A stretch of 32,000 nucleotides of DNA from Erysipelotrichaceae bacterium MTC7 (GTDB lineage: Bacteria; Bacillota_I; Bacilli_A; Erysipelotrichales; Erysipelotrichaceae). This document shows, in pieces, positions 16,773 to 25,908 of this stretch (position 1 is the first letter of the stretch; every line of letters starts with the position of its first letter). The stretch covers positions 1-32,000 of the forward strand of contig LVZN01000023.1 in NCBI GenBank assembly GCA_001695645.1, in the 5' to 3' direction. A model generated the notes under the pieces. That model saw only the letters and a program-made list of their open reading frames with translations, did not search any database and was not told where the DNA came from. A program made the translations under genes and the position numbers.

Positions 16773-16806
16773 AAACAAGCAATCTTTTAGTGATTGCTTG
16801 TTTTAC
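16773..16806. terminator. Bidirectional terminator between convergent genes
   Basis: AACAAGCAATC-ttttagt-GATTGCTTGTT with flanking A and T runs. It overlaps the last codons of the minus-strand regulator. Confidence 0.65.
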
Positions 16807-17572
16807 TTTCTTCTAATAATTCAACAAATTGTTTGGGACTGCAGTTCATGTATTTTTTAAAAACAACACTGAAGTACTTATATTCACTTATACCAATTTG
16901 TTCGGGAATTTCGTTTGGTTGAAACGTTTTGTTTTTTAGTAACTCAATGGCTTTTTGAATACGAAAGCGATTGAGGTATTCAATAAAGGTTAAACCAACG
17001 GCTTGTTTAAAACGTCGACTCAATAGTGATTCACTGTAATTTAACGTTTCACATAGATCTTCAATGGTAATTCGTTCTTGGTAATGCGCACTTACAAACT
17101 GTAGCATATCTTGTACCAACGCATCTTTTGCTTGGACAACTTTAAGCAATTCGATGTCATGTAAGGCATCTTTGTTTTGTTGGATTTTCTCATAGGTTGC
17201 TAGCATGTTTCTTTGTTCAATTGCTTGTTGGAGAGCAGCTTCTAATTCCTTTTGTTCCACAGGTTTTAAGACATAATCACTCACCCCAAAACGAACCGCC
17301 TTTTGAGCATAGGAGAAGTTGCTATACCCAGAAATGATAATTGCGGTATAGTTATAGTCAATGGTTTTTTCAATCATCGCTAAACCATCCATACGTGGCA
17401 TATTGATATCACTAATCACTATGTCAGGTTGCAACTCTTGAATTGCTTGAATCCCTTCTACACCATTGGATGCTTCACCAACTAGCATACATTCATATTT
17501 TTCAAAGTCGATGAGTGAGATTAAACCTTTACGAATAATCTCTTCATCTTCGACAACTAAAATTTTATACAT
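16787..17572 (-). CDS. Response regulator with AraC-type HTH output (YesN-like)
   Basis: Receiver domain (MYKILVVEDE, DIVISDINMP) plus an AraC-family C-terminus (ITIEDLCETLNYSESLLSRRFKQAVGLTFIEYLNRFRIQKA). 8-nt overlap with the kinase gene. Confidence 0.85.
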   Translation of the reverse strand: MYKILVVEDEEIIRKGLISLIDFEKYECMLVGEASNGVEGIQAIQELQPDIVISDINMPRMDGLAMIEKTIDYNYTAIIISGYSNFSYAQKAVRFGVSDYVLKPVEQKELEAALQQAIEQRNMLATYEKIQQNKDALHDIELLKVVQAKDALVQDMLQFVSAHYQERITIEDLCETLNYSESLLSRRFKQAVGLTFIEYLNRFRIQKAIELLKNKTFQPNEIPEQIGISEYKYFSVVFKKYMNCSPKQFVELLEESKTSNH

Positions 17573-19250
17573 GTGAACTCCTTTTTTGCTTAATTTTGAT
17601 CAAGATACTTGTTCCTACTTGATTTTCACTCATAATATCCAATTGACTATCCAAACCATACATCAGCAACAATCTTCGATTGATGTTATACAAACCAAAC
17701 TGTGAATTTGCATTGGCTTGTTTTGCTAGATTCACTTGAATTTGGACAAGTCTATCTGGTTCAATACCCAGTCCATTGTCATGAACCTCAATAAATACAT
17801 AATCCAGTTTTGAATATACAAATACATCTATTTTAAGTTGATCTTTTTTCTCATACCCATATTTGATACTATTTTCCACCAATGGTTGTATCAGCAGTTT
17901 GGGTACTAGCACATCCGTGACTGCATCATCAATCATTAAGTTTACCGTTAAACGTTCCTTATAACGATATTTCATAATATCGAGATATTGATTCACAAAG
18001 TCTATTTCTTCTTCCAAATGGACTTCATCTGCACCATGATTGATACTGTATCGCAAGATTTTTGTCAGTTTAATGATAAGTGCACTTGCCATAGCAGGAT
18101 CACTTTCAATCGTATAGCGAATGGTTTCTAGGGTATTGTAAATAAAGTGTGGATTCAACTGAGCTTCCAATTGTTTGATTTCACTCATTTTTCGATTGTA
18201 GTGCAATTCGCTATTTTGCGAAGCTATGGTTTGAATCGCAACCACCATGTCGTTGATATCATTAGCGAGATTTTCAAATTCATCACCAGAATGCATCACA
18301 ATGCGGTGATTCAAATCCCCTGCTTTGATCACTTCTAGCTCTGCCATTAACATCTCTATACTCTGTACGCGATTTTCAACCAATAAGCGATTTTGTTTGC
18401 GTAAAATCCACCATGTTAATCCAGAGAAGCATGTGAATAAAACAATTCCCAATACATAAGAAGATACATATCCATTCAAGTGTGCCAAGCTTACTATATG
18501 TAAAAGCATTGCTCCACGACGATACGTGTCATTATCCACGTAAATTAGATTGTTGTCACCATCTTTTTTGATCCCTTCTTTTAGATATTGATCTTGAATT
18601 CGATGCAAACTACCACTTTGGAATTCAACGGAATTCGAGGCAAGAACATTGCCAAAACCATCAACGATTGCAGTTTTATTGTAGGTACTTGAGATGATGT
18701 TGTTTAAAGCATCCCGGTTATAGAAGTAAGAAACATAGCCAACCAGCTGTTCATCTTCAAACAATCCTGAAGTAAAAACCAGACAAGTCGTATTTTTTGA
18801 GATACGAAGTACCCGTGTTGTGTAACGATTGTTGCGCAAAGAATCTGTATCAAGGTATGCATATTTATCCATGTACATTTTTTCATCTTCGATATTAAAC
18901 GTTGAAAATTGCAATTGCTTATGTACATCTGTCAGTAACAAATCCGCTTTTACATCCGCTTTGCTGTTGAAACTGTAGTAGGTTTGATAAACACAGTCTT
19001 CACCTTGCCCGGTTTTAAGGTAGTTCAAATAGTTTTCATTGCGTCGTGTGACTTCTAAGGTATCTTCGTATTGATCGAAAATGTTATTTAAAACACCTTT
19101 GACTTGGAACGATGATTCATCAACACTGCGCGAAACACTAAACACATCAACAAGTAAAATCATGATGGTAAACAAGACGAAAAACGCAATCAAAATGCGA
19201 TTGGTGAATTTTCTAAGATCCTCTTGTAGGTTTTCTTTAAATTGTTGCAT
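17565..19250 (-). CDS. Sensor histidine kinase, YesM/LytS-type (His_kinase PF06580-like) with HAMP and a large extracytoplasmic domain
   Basis: LEAQLNPHFIYNTLETI H-box, characteristic of the YesM family; HAMP-like region (IKAGDLNHRI); C-terminal ATPase. I chose the start MQQFKEN (GAGGGA upstream). Confidence 0.8.
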   Translation of the reverse strand: MQQFKENLQEDLRKFTNRILIAFFVLFTIMILLVDVFSVSRSVDESSFQVKGVLNNIFDQYEDTLEVTRRNENYLNYLKTGQGEDCVYQTYYSFNSKADVKADLLLTDVHKQLQFSTFNIEDEKMYMDKYAYLDTDSLRNNRYTTRVLRISKNTTCLVFTSGLFEDEQLVGYVSYFYNRDALNNIISSTYNKTAIVDGFGNVLASNSVEFQSGSLHRIQDQYLKEGIKKDGDNNLIYVDNDTYRRGAMLLHIVSLAHLNGYVSSYVLGIVLFTCFSGLTWWILRKQNRLLVENRVQSIEMLMAELEVIKAGDLNHRIVMHSGDEFENLANDINDMVVAIQTIASQNSELHYNRKMSEIKQLEAQLNPHFIYNTLETIRYTIESDPAMASALIIKLTKILRYSINHGADEVHLEEEIDFVNQYLDIMKYRYKERLTVNLMIDDAVTDVLVPKLLIQPLVENSIKYGYEKKDQLKIDVFVYSKLDYVFIEVHDNGLGIEPDRLVQIQVNLAKQANANSQFGLYNINRRLLLMYGLDSQLDIMSENQVGTSILIKIKQKRSSHV

Positions 19251-19266
19251 AGGTCCCTCGTATACC

Positions 19267-19290
19267 ACAAAAAGGTGTCTTTGACACCTT
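19267..19290 (-). terminator. Hairpin / intrinsic terminator or attenuator between the ABC permease gene and the kinase gene
   Basis: Minus-strand AAGGTGTC-aaa-GACACCTT followed by TTTGTGG. The stem contains the permease stop codon and ends about 16 nt before the kinase ATG. Confidence 0.5.
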
Positions 19291-20959
19291 AAATTGTAAC
19301 ATTATCACTCTTGGAAATCTTCATAAAAATGAGTAGAGAGATAACTGTTAATGTTGTTAGGATGGCTGCAAGAGCAGCTGCTACCCCATAGTTTCCACGC
19401 ACAACTTGTTGGTAAATGGAAACGGTTAACGTTTGGGTTTTTACTGTGTATAGCAATACTGCAGTCGACAATTCCGAAATCATCGTTACCCAACTGAGAA
19501 TTGCTCCAGCAATGATTCCGTTTGCCATCATAGGCACAGTAATTTTGAAGAAAGTTTTCATCTTCGAACAACCCAAACTCAATGCCGCTTCTTCAATGCT
19601 CATCGGTATTTGTTGCAATGTTGCCGTTGAAGAACGAATTGTATACGGTAACCGACGAATGACCAGTGCCACAATCATAATACCAATCGTTCCACCGATC
19701 GCTAAAATTCCTGACCCCATAATTCCTGTATTGAATGCTGTTAGTAAAGCAATCCCTAAAACCGTTCCTGGAATAATGTAAGGTACCATAGAAATTACAT
19801 CAATGGTTCCAGTTGCAGGGTTTTTACGTCGTACCGTTAAATAAGAGATTAATACGGCTAACAAAATGATCAACACAAGTGCAATCCCAGGAATCAAAAT
19901 GGTATTTTGAATAGAATTTCCTAATCTTGAAAATGCAGTACGATACGATTCAAACGAATACCCTTCCACAAATATTTTTCCCCGTGTATTTAAGAATGAA
20001 GTATATATAACATACGCTTGCGGTAAGATCGCCAAACCAACAACACCATAACAGAAAATATAAGATACTATACTCGTACGTTTGTTTTGGAAGTTTTTCT
20101 CTTCAATTGGATGCAATGAATTCATCGAGAAACTCTTGCGGTTTGCAACCCATTTTTGAACTAAGAAAACTATCGTTGTAATTAATACGGCAATAATTGC
20201 AATCGCTGCTGCAAATCCATCATCACCACTTACCTCACCTAAGAACTCGGTGAAAATCAAGACAGGAAATGTACGATACCCTTCCCCGATTAACATTGGT
20301 GTCCCAAAGTCTGCAAGTGCTCGCATGAATACAAGTAACATTGCAGCAAGTAACATTGGCATAATGAGCGGAATGATGACTTTAAAGAAACGTTTTGCTC
20401 CTGTACACCCCATGTTTTCACTTGCTTCAATCAATGAATTATCAACGTTTCTTAGCGCCCCTTGTACATACAAGAACACGAGTGGAAACAGTTGTAAGGT
20501 AAAGACAAGTAAGATTCCACCAAACCCGTAAATATCAGGTGTTTGGAAACCAACAGTTTGGTTAAAGAAATTTGTAATTACTCCATTACGTCCAAGCAAT
20601 AATATCCAAGCATACGCTCCAATAAATGGTGCTGACATTGATGCGATGATAATTAAGACTTGTAACACTTTCTTTCCTTTCACACGATACATTGTGAACA
20701 AGTAAGCTAATGGAGTCCCTACTGCTAAAGCTAATGCTGTTGCACATAAGGAAACCTTAAAACTATTCATTAAGGTATCAAAATAGTACGACTGTGAAAA
20801 GAATTTAATAAAATAATTAAATGTGATGTCTCCACTTGTTTTATCCACAAATGCCTGTAGCAGCAATTTCCCAACAGGATAAAGCAAGAAGATTGCATAA
20901 AGTAAGATGACTCCAATGGTAATAAGTTTCCATGGATCCATGCGTAACTTAGCTTTCAA
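19289..20959 (-). CDS. ABC transporter permease, fused double (2 x 6 TM) Fbp/Afu/Pot-type
   Basis: 556 aa with two BPD-transporter-like halves carrying EAA-type loops (IEASENMGCTGAKRFFKVIIP and EEAALSLGCSKMKTFFKITVP). The start is uncertain: TTG at 20959 or ATG at 20941. Confidence 0.8.
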   Translation of the reverse strand: MKAKLRMDPWKLITIGVILLYAIFLLYPVGKLLLQAFVDKTSGDITFNYFIKFFSQSYYFDTLMNSFKVSLCATALALAVGTPLAYLFTMYRVKGKKVLQVLIIIASMSAPFIGAYAWILLLGRNGVITNFFNQTVGFQTPDIYGFGGILLVFTLQLFPLVFLYVQGALRNVDNSLIEASENMGCTGAKRFFKVIIPLIMPMLLAAMLLVFMRALADFGTPMLIGEGYRTFPVLIFTEFLGEVSGDDGFAAAIAIIAVLITTIVFLVQKWVANRKSFSMNSLHPIEEKNFQNKRTSIVSYIFCYGVVGLAILPQAYVIYTSFLNTRGKIFVEGYSFESYRTAFSRLGNSIQNTILIPGIALVLIILLAVLISYLTVRRKNPATGTIDVISMVPYIIPGTVLGIALLTAFNTGIMGSGILAIGGTIGIMIVALVIRRLPYTIRSSTATLQQIPMSIEEAALSLGCSKMKTFFKITVPMMANGIIAGAILSWVTMISELSTAVLLYTVKTQTLTVSIYQQVVRGNYGVAAALAAILTTLTVISLLIFMKISKSDNVTI

Positions 20960-20961
20960 AA

Positions 20962-22040
20962 CTACATACCTTTTGAGTAGTTTGTTTCACCATTTTGATC
21001 AAACACATTGATCTTGTGGCTTTTGACTGCAAGTACTACTTCACTGCCTTTCTCTACATTACTTCGCAAATCAGATTCACTGACCACTTCAATAACTTTT
21101 CCGTTACCAAGTTTACAATAATAATGCGTATTCAATCCTAAGAAGATACTATCTAACACTTCAGCTTTGATACCTTCTCCACTTGTGCAAATTTGAAATT
21201 CTTCTGGACGAATGGAAACTACAACATCTTGTGCTTCTGTCGTATTTACGTCAATTGCAAATGGTGCTTCTTGTTCCACACTAACATACATCTGTCCGTT
21301 TTCTTGTGTTAGTTTTCCCTCAAGTAAGTTTGTTCGACCAATGAAAGTAGCAACAAACGTATTTTCTGGACGATGGTAAATATCCTGTGGCGTTCCCAAG
21401 TGTTGAATGATTCCATCCTTCATAATTGCCACACGATCACTTACTGCCATCGCTTCTTCTTGGTCATGCGTTACATAAACGGTTGTAATACCCACTTCTT
21501 TTTGAATGTTACGAATGGCTTCCCGCATTTCTACACGAAGTTTTGCATCAAGGTTACTTAACGGTTCATCCATCAACAATACATCAGGCATAATAGCGAG
21601 CGCACGTGCCAAAGCCACACGTTGTTGTTGACCTCCGGATAAACGTTCAGGCAAACGTTCTTGATATGTATCGATTTGCATAAGTTTTAGAAATTTATCG
21701 GTTTGTGTTTTTATTTGTTCTTTTGAAAGTTTTCTTTGTTTCAATCCAAACTCAACGTTTTGGCGAACGGTTAAGTGCGGAAAGATCGCATAGTTTTGAA
21801 ACACCATCCCGATGTTTCGTTTACTTGGTTCTTTGTCATTAATACGCTCTTCATTGAAATAAAAGTCCCCACCTTCAATTGAGTTAAATCCTGCAATCAT
21901 TCTTAACAATGTGGTTTTCCCACATCCTGAAGGTCCTAGCAAAGTAAAGAACTCTCCATCTTTTATTCTAAATCAAGATCGGGGATAATCACATTATCCC
22001 CATATTTCTTGAGCGCATGTGTTATTGAAATTGTGCTCAT
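20962..22040 (-). pseudogene. ABC transporter ATP-binding protein (PotA/FbpC-like with C-terminal TOBE-like domain) carrying a 1-nt frameshift near 21963-21968
   Basis: ATG at 22040 (GGGGAG RBS) gives MSTISITHALKKYGDNVIIPDLDLE then TAA. The next frame continues KDGEFFTLLGPSGCGKTTLL (Walker A), LSGGQQQR and LLMDEP. One extra A (GAAATAAAAGAT) would restore ...DLEIKDGEFF... Confidence 0.75.
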
Positions 22041-22061
22041 GGTATACTCCCCTCTGTCTGC

Positions 22062-23084
22062 TTATTTTGATGAAATTTTTGTGAATACGTCTTTGTATCT
22101 TTCAACGATGTTTTCTCTATTAGCGATTACGTATTCACTATCTTCTTCAATTGTTTTAATGTCTTTCATAGGTTTCATAACATCACCCATTTTTACGTCT
22201 TTTAGTACTGGACGGTTTGTTGTGTTTTCACCAAGGTAGTCTTGGCATTCTTTTGATTGGATGAAATCAATAAATTTCTTTGCTGCTTCAGGGTTTTTAC
22301 AGTTTTTGATAATACCTGAACGTGCTGGTAAGAAAACAGTTCCTTCACTTGGATAAATCACCTCAACTGGTGCACCATCACGAACTAATGTTACCGTTGG
22401 ATCTTCATAAGATAAACCAACAACCATTTCACCGTCTGCTACAGATTTGTAAACTCCAGATGAACTAGATGAAATTTTACCATCGATGTTTGTGAATAAA
22501 TCTTCTACATATTTCCATGCAGCATCATCATCGTATCCACCTTTTGCAAGTAACATATTTGTCAGTTGTGCAAATGAACTTGAAGAGTTTGTTGGATCTC
22601 CCGTTGCAATTTTTCCTTTAAGTTCTGGATTTAATAAATCTTCATACGATGTAATTTTAATATCTCCAATTAAGTTTTTATTTACGATTAAGTTACTTCC
22701 GTCTAATGTGTATGCAGAAGCAACCTTTGAAGTATTTTGGTAAGCTTCAATTACGTTTTCATCATTTGGACTTACATACTCTTCAAATAAATCTTTATTT
22801 GGTAAGTAGTGTGTATCTTGTCCACCCCACATAATATCAGCAACAGGATCATCTTTTTCTGCTTGTAACTTTTTAATACATTCTCCTGTTCCCACTTGTT
22901 GTATTTCGACTTTAATTCCTGTTTCTTCTTCAAATGCAGGAATAACCGCCTCAACTAACCCCTCTGAGTTTGGTGAGTAGATTACTAGCGTTTCGTTCGC
23001 ATTATCCTTTCCTCCACCACATGCAGTCATCGTTGCTACCATCATTAACGATAAACATGCGAATACAATTTTTTTGATTTTCAT
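22062..23084 (-). CDS. ABC transporter substrate-binding lipoprotein, Fbp/Afu (iron(III)/sugar-phosphate-type) family
   Basis: Lipobox MTACGG; VIYSPNSEGLVEAVIPAFEEETGIKVEIQQ...ADIMWGG is typical of PBP2 Fbp-like proteins. RBS GAGGAGA. Confidence 0.8.
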   Translation of the reverse strand: MKIKKIVFACLSLMMVATMTACGGGKDNANETLVIYSPNSEGLVEAVIPAFEEETGIKVEIQQVGTGECIKKLQAEKDDPVADIMWGGQDTHYLPNKDLFEEYVSPNDENVIEAYQNTSKVASAYTLDGSNLIVNKNLIGDIKITSYEDLLNPELKGKIATGDPTNSSSSFAQLTNMLLAKGGYDDDAAWKYVEDLFTNIDGKISSSSSGVYKSVADGEMVVGLSYEDPTVTLVRDGAPVEVIYPSEGTVFLPARSGIIKNCKNPEAAKKFIDFIQSKECQDYLGENTTNRPVLKDVKMGDVMKPMKDIKTIEEDSEYVIANRENIVERYKDVFTKISSK

Positions 23085-23132
23085 AGACTTTATTCTCCTC
23101 TCGTTATGAATTTCTATGTACATCTTAATTGA

Positions 23133-23150
23133 TTTGTAAGCACTTACAAA
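23133..23150. promoter_or_regulatory. Perfect 8+8 palindrome (candidate operator) upstream of the ABC operon
   Basis: TTTGTAAG-ca-CTTACAAA lies 49-66 nt upstream of the SBP start, in a divergent intergenic region where no terminator is expected. GTACA(A/T)TTT direct repeats lie nearby at 23162 and 23182, 20 bp apart. Confidence 0.35.
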
Positions 23151-23279
23151 CTCTTTATCCTGTACATTTTTCCGAAATACCGTACAATTTCTTATTCTTT
23201 ACATACTTTATAAATATAAAAACTGTTCATCATTCATTGACCATATCACATATGGTAAAATAGAAACAGGAGGCAAATT

Positions 23280-24275
23280 ATGCAAAACATTAATTCCGAT
23301 CGTTACGATCATATGCAGTACAACGTCTGTGGAAACACAGGTTTGAAATTACCCGCTTTATCATTTGGGTTATGGCACAACTTTGGTGATCACACACCAT
23401 ACGAAACGATGGTGGATTTGGTTATGACAGCTTTCAACAATGGAATTACCCATTTTGATTTAGCAAATAACTATGGACCAATCCCCGGACGAGCAGAAGA
23501 AAACTTTGGAAAAATCTTACGAAATGAACTTGCTGGATATTGCGATGAACTAATCATCTCAACCAAAGCCGGTTATACGATGTGGGATGGTCCTTATGGA
23601 GACTGGGGGTCAAGAAAGTATCTGATTGCATCACTTGACCAAAGTTTAAAACGGATGGGCTTGGATTATGTTGATATCTTTTATCACCACCGTATGGATC
23701 CAAACACCCCACTTGAAGAAACGATGGGTGCACTTCACTCAATTGTCCAAAGTGGAAAGGCTCTTTATGTAGGGCTAAGTAACTACGATGGACCAACCTT
23801 AAAAAAAGCTGTAAAGATTTTAAACGAACTAGGCACACCTTGTATCATTAACCAAAACAAGTATTCCATTTTTGTTAGAGACATTGAAACTAACGGATTA
23901 AAAGAAACCGCAATGAAAGAAGGTAGTGGAATCATTAGTTTCTCTCCTCTTGCCCAAGGTTTGTTAACGGAACGATACATTCATGGAATTCCTGAAGACT
24001 CAAGAGTGAAAACCGATGCACGATTCTTACAAGAAACTGGCGTCGAAGAAAAATTACCACAAATCAAAGCACTTCATGAAATTGCTAGAAAAAACGATAT
24101 GACACTTGCACAAATGGCAATCAAATGGCAATTTAGAGAACCAGGTGTGACAACCGTTTTGATTGGAGCAAGCAAACCATCGCAAATCATCGAAAACATC
24201 AAAGCATTAGATAAACCCGATTTAGATGAAGCAATCATCAAAGAAATCGATGCAATAACAAAATCCAATTTTTAA
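23280..24275 (+). CDS. Aldo/keto reductase (YghZ / L-glyceraldehyde-3-phosphate reductase-like)
   Basis: 331 aa; THFDLANNYG, FGKILR, LIISTKAG, DIFYHHRMD and YVGLSNY motifs of the AKR14/YghZ group. RBS AGGAGG. Confidence 0.8.
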   Translation: MQNINSDRYDHMQYNVCGNTGLKLPALSFGLWHNFGDHTPYETMVDLVMTAFNNGITHFDLANNYGPIPGRAEENFGKILRNELAGYCDELIISTKAGYTMWDGPYGDWGSRKYLIASLDQSLKRMGLDYVDIFYHHRMDPNTPLEETMGALHSIVQSGKALYVGLSNYDGPTLKKAVKILNELGTPCIINQNKYSIFVRDIETNGLKETAMKEGSGIISFSPLAQGLLTERYIHGIPEDSRVKTDARFLQETGVEEKLPQIKALHEIARKNDMTLAQMAIKWQFREPGVTTVLIGASKPSQIIENIKALDKPDLDEAIIKEIDAITKSNF

Positions 24276-24280
24276 CTATA

Positions 24281-24327
24281 AACAATATAAATTTATCGTA
24301 AAACAATAAATTTATATTGTTTTTTAT
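24281..24327 (+). terminator. Rho-independent terminator with a perfect 16-bp A/T-rich stem
   Basis: AACAATATAAATTTAT (24281-24296) pairs with ATAAATTTATATTGTT (24307-24322), followed by TTTTT. Confidence 0.7.
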
Positions 24328-24369
24328 CTTTTCCCTTGCTAATGTAGAAGTACATACATGGAGGTTTTT

Positions 24370-24849
24370 ATGAAAGGAAAACATATACCAATTATTTTAT
24401 TTCTATTTCTAACAATGATTTTGGGGTTCGCTGTTATTGTTTATGGATTTTTTATTCCAGTTTTGGCTGATCAATATGCTTATGCATCACCTGAGTTAAG
24501 TCATATCAAAACCATTGTGCTTACCTTTGTTGAACTCACAGGACTTCCTGTTTTAGGTATCATCGTCTTGGGTTATGCAATTGGTCTACGGATTATGAAG
24601 TTTGAACACTTTACTAGAAAAACTGCAACCTACATGCGTTATATTTATATTCTTGCACTAGGTGATGCCACTTACTTTTCCATTGGCATGTTTGTCATGA
24701 CAATGAACGGATTCATTGATGCTCCTGTCGTTATTGGTTCAGGTACTGCGATTATCTTTGCCTTAGCCGTTGCTGGAGCCAGTTATGCACTTAGCTACTT
24801 CATCTATGAAGCGGCCCAGTTACAAGAAGAAAGTGAGTTGACCATCTAA
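24370..24849 (+). CDS. DUF2975-like multi-pass membrane protein
   Basis: Four TM helices, about 160 aa, directly paired with a YozG-like HTH gene as in the conserved DUF2975/YozG module. Start at 24370 (GGAGG 4 nt upstream). Confidence 0.6.
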   Translation: MKGKHIPIILFLFLTMILGFAVIVYGFFIPVLADQYAYASPELSHIKTIVLTFVELTGLPVLGIIVLGYAIGLRIMKFEHFTRKTATYMRYIYILALGDATYFSIGMFVMTMNGFIDAPVVIGSGTAIIFALAVAGASYALSYFIYEAAQLQEESELTI

Positions 24850-25073
24850 TGGACGAAAAAGGAAAGATTGTATTCAACATTGATGTCATGCTAGCAAAAC
24901 GGAAAATGAGCGTAACTGAACTATCTAAACAAGTGGGTATCAATATGGCAAATATCTCCATTTTAAAAAATGGAAAAGCAAAAGCCATCAAGGTGCAAAC
25001 CTTACTCAAGTTATGTGAGGTGCTTGATTGTCAGCCTGGTGACTTACTTAGCTATGAAACATTGAATGATTAA
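24849..25073 (+). CDS. Small XRE-family HTH regulator (YozG-like)
   Basis: IVFNIDVMLAKRKMSVTELSKQVGINMANISILKNGKAKAIKVQTLLKLCEVLDCQPGDLL is the canonical YozG-type sequence. Its start overlaps the upstream stop (TAATG). Confidence 0.8.
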   Translation: MDEKGKIVFNIDVMLAKRKMSVTELSKQVGINMANISILKNGKAKAIKVQTLLKLCEVLDCQPGDLLSYETLND

Positions 25074-25075
25074 CA

Positions 25076-25127
25076 AAAAGATGCAAACTTAGATTTACCT
25101 AAGATTGCATCTTTTACTTTTACTGCA
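25076..25127 (+). terminator. Compound hairpin terminator after the HTH gene
   Basis: AAAGATGCAA-a-CTTAG-atttac-CTAAG-a-TTGCATCTTT followed by a T-rich tail. Confidence 0.6.
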
Positions 25128-25181
25128 TGTATTGTCATTGCCAACATTTCATCAAGTATGTACAATCACGTTTGTCATAGA

Positions 25182-25223
25182 AAAAACCACCAACGAATAC
25201 CGATTGTATTTGTGGTGGTTTTT
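25182..25223 (-). terminator. Terminator of the pump/RCK operon (usable in both directions)
   Basis: AAAAACCACC pairs with GGTGGTTTTT (10-bp stem), with flanking A and T runs. It lies 16 nt downstream of the last RCK gene. Confidence 0.65.
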
Positions 25224-25238
25224 AAAGAATATTAGGAT

Positions 25239-25898
25239 TTATGAAAATAAGTTATTTAACATTTCCAATTGATCGTCATAGCATAGTACCATGATGTGAT
25301 CGTTTTGCTCAATTGTCGTATTTCCTTTTGGAATGACAACTTCATGATCGCGGGTAATGGCAATCAAGACTGCCTTATCAGGGATTTGTAAATCCTTAAT
25401 TTCTTTGCCGATGGCTGGTGAATTTACTGCTACACAAATTTGGCTAATTGAGTACTCGCCACGGTTTAATTTCATCAATGTCATTACATTACGCATGTCA
25501 ATTTCATCAACGACCAAACGAGCCAATAACTCAGCTTGGTTGACTTTTACATCAACTCCCATTTCTAAGGTAAACAGCCATTCGTTGCTCGGGTGATTGA
25601 CACGTGCAATAACTCGGTCTACCCCAAACTCATATTTTGCTATCGTTGCACTAACAAGGTTGACTTCATCTTTCCCTGTTACACATACAACAACATCAGC
25701 ATCTTTCATTCCTGCTTCAGCCATAACAAGCGGATCACTACCATCACCTTCCACTAGAATGTTTGCATCATATTTAGAACGGATTTTTTGCAATACTTTT
25801 TCACGGGACTCAATCACTTTTACATCGATGTCATGTTTCACTAAAATATCACTAATGTAAGAACCTACTTGTCCTCCACCAATCACAATAACTTTCAT
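25239..25898 (-). CDS. RCK-domain protein (TrkA-N + TrkA-C; KtrA/TrkA-like K+ transport regulator), copy 2
   Basis: Rossmann motif VIGGGQVG, TrkA-N core, C-terminal TrkA-C (IGKEIKDLQIPDKAVLIAITRD...). RBS AGGAGG. Confidence 0.85.
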   Translation of the reverse strand: MKVIVIGGGQVGSYISDILVKHDIDVKVIESREKVLQKIRSKYDANILVEGDGSDPLVMAEAGMKDADVVVCVTGKDEVNLVSATIAKYEFGVDRVIARVNHPSNEWLFTLEMGVDVKVNQAELLARLVVDEIDMRNVMTLMKLNRGEYSISQICVAVNSPAIGKEIKDLQIPDKAVLIAITRDHEVVIPKGNTTIEQNDHIMVLCYDDQLEMLNNLFS

Positions 25899-25908
25899 GA
25901 TGCACCTC

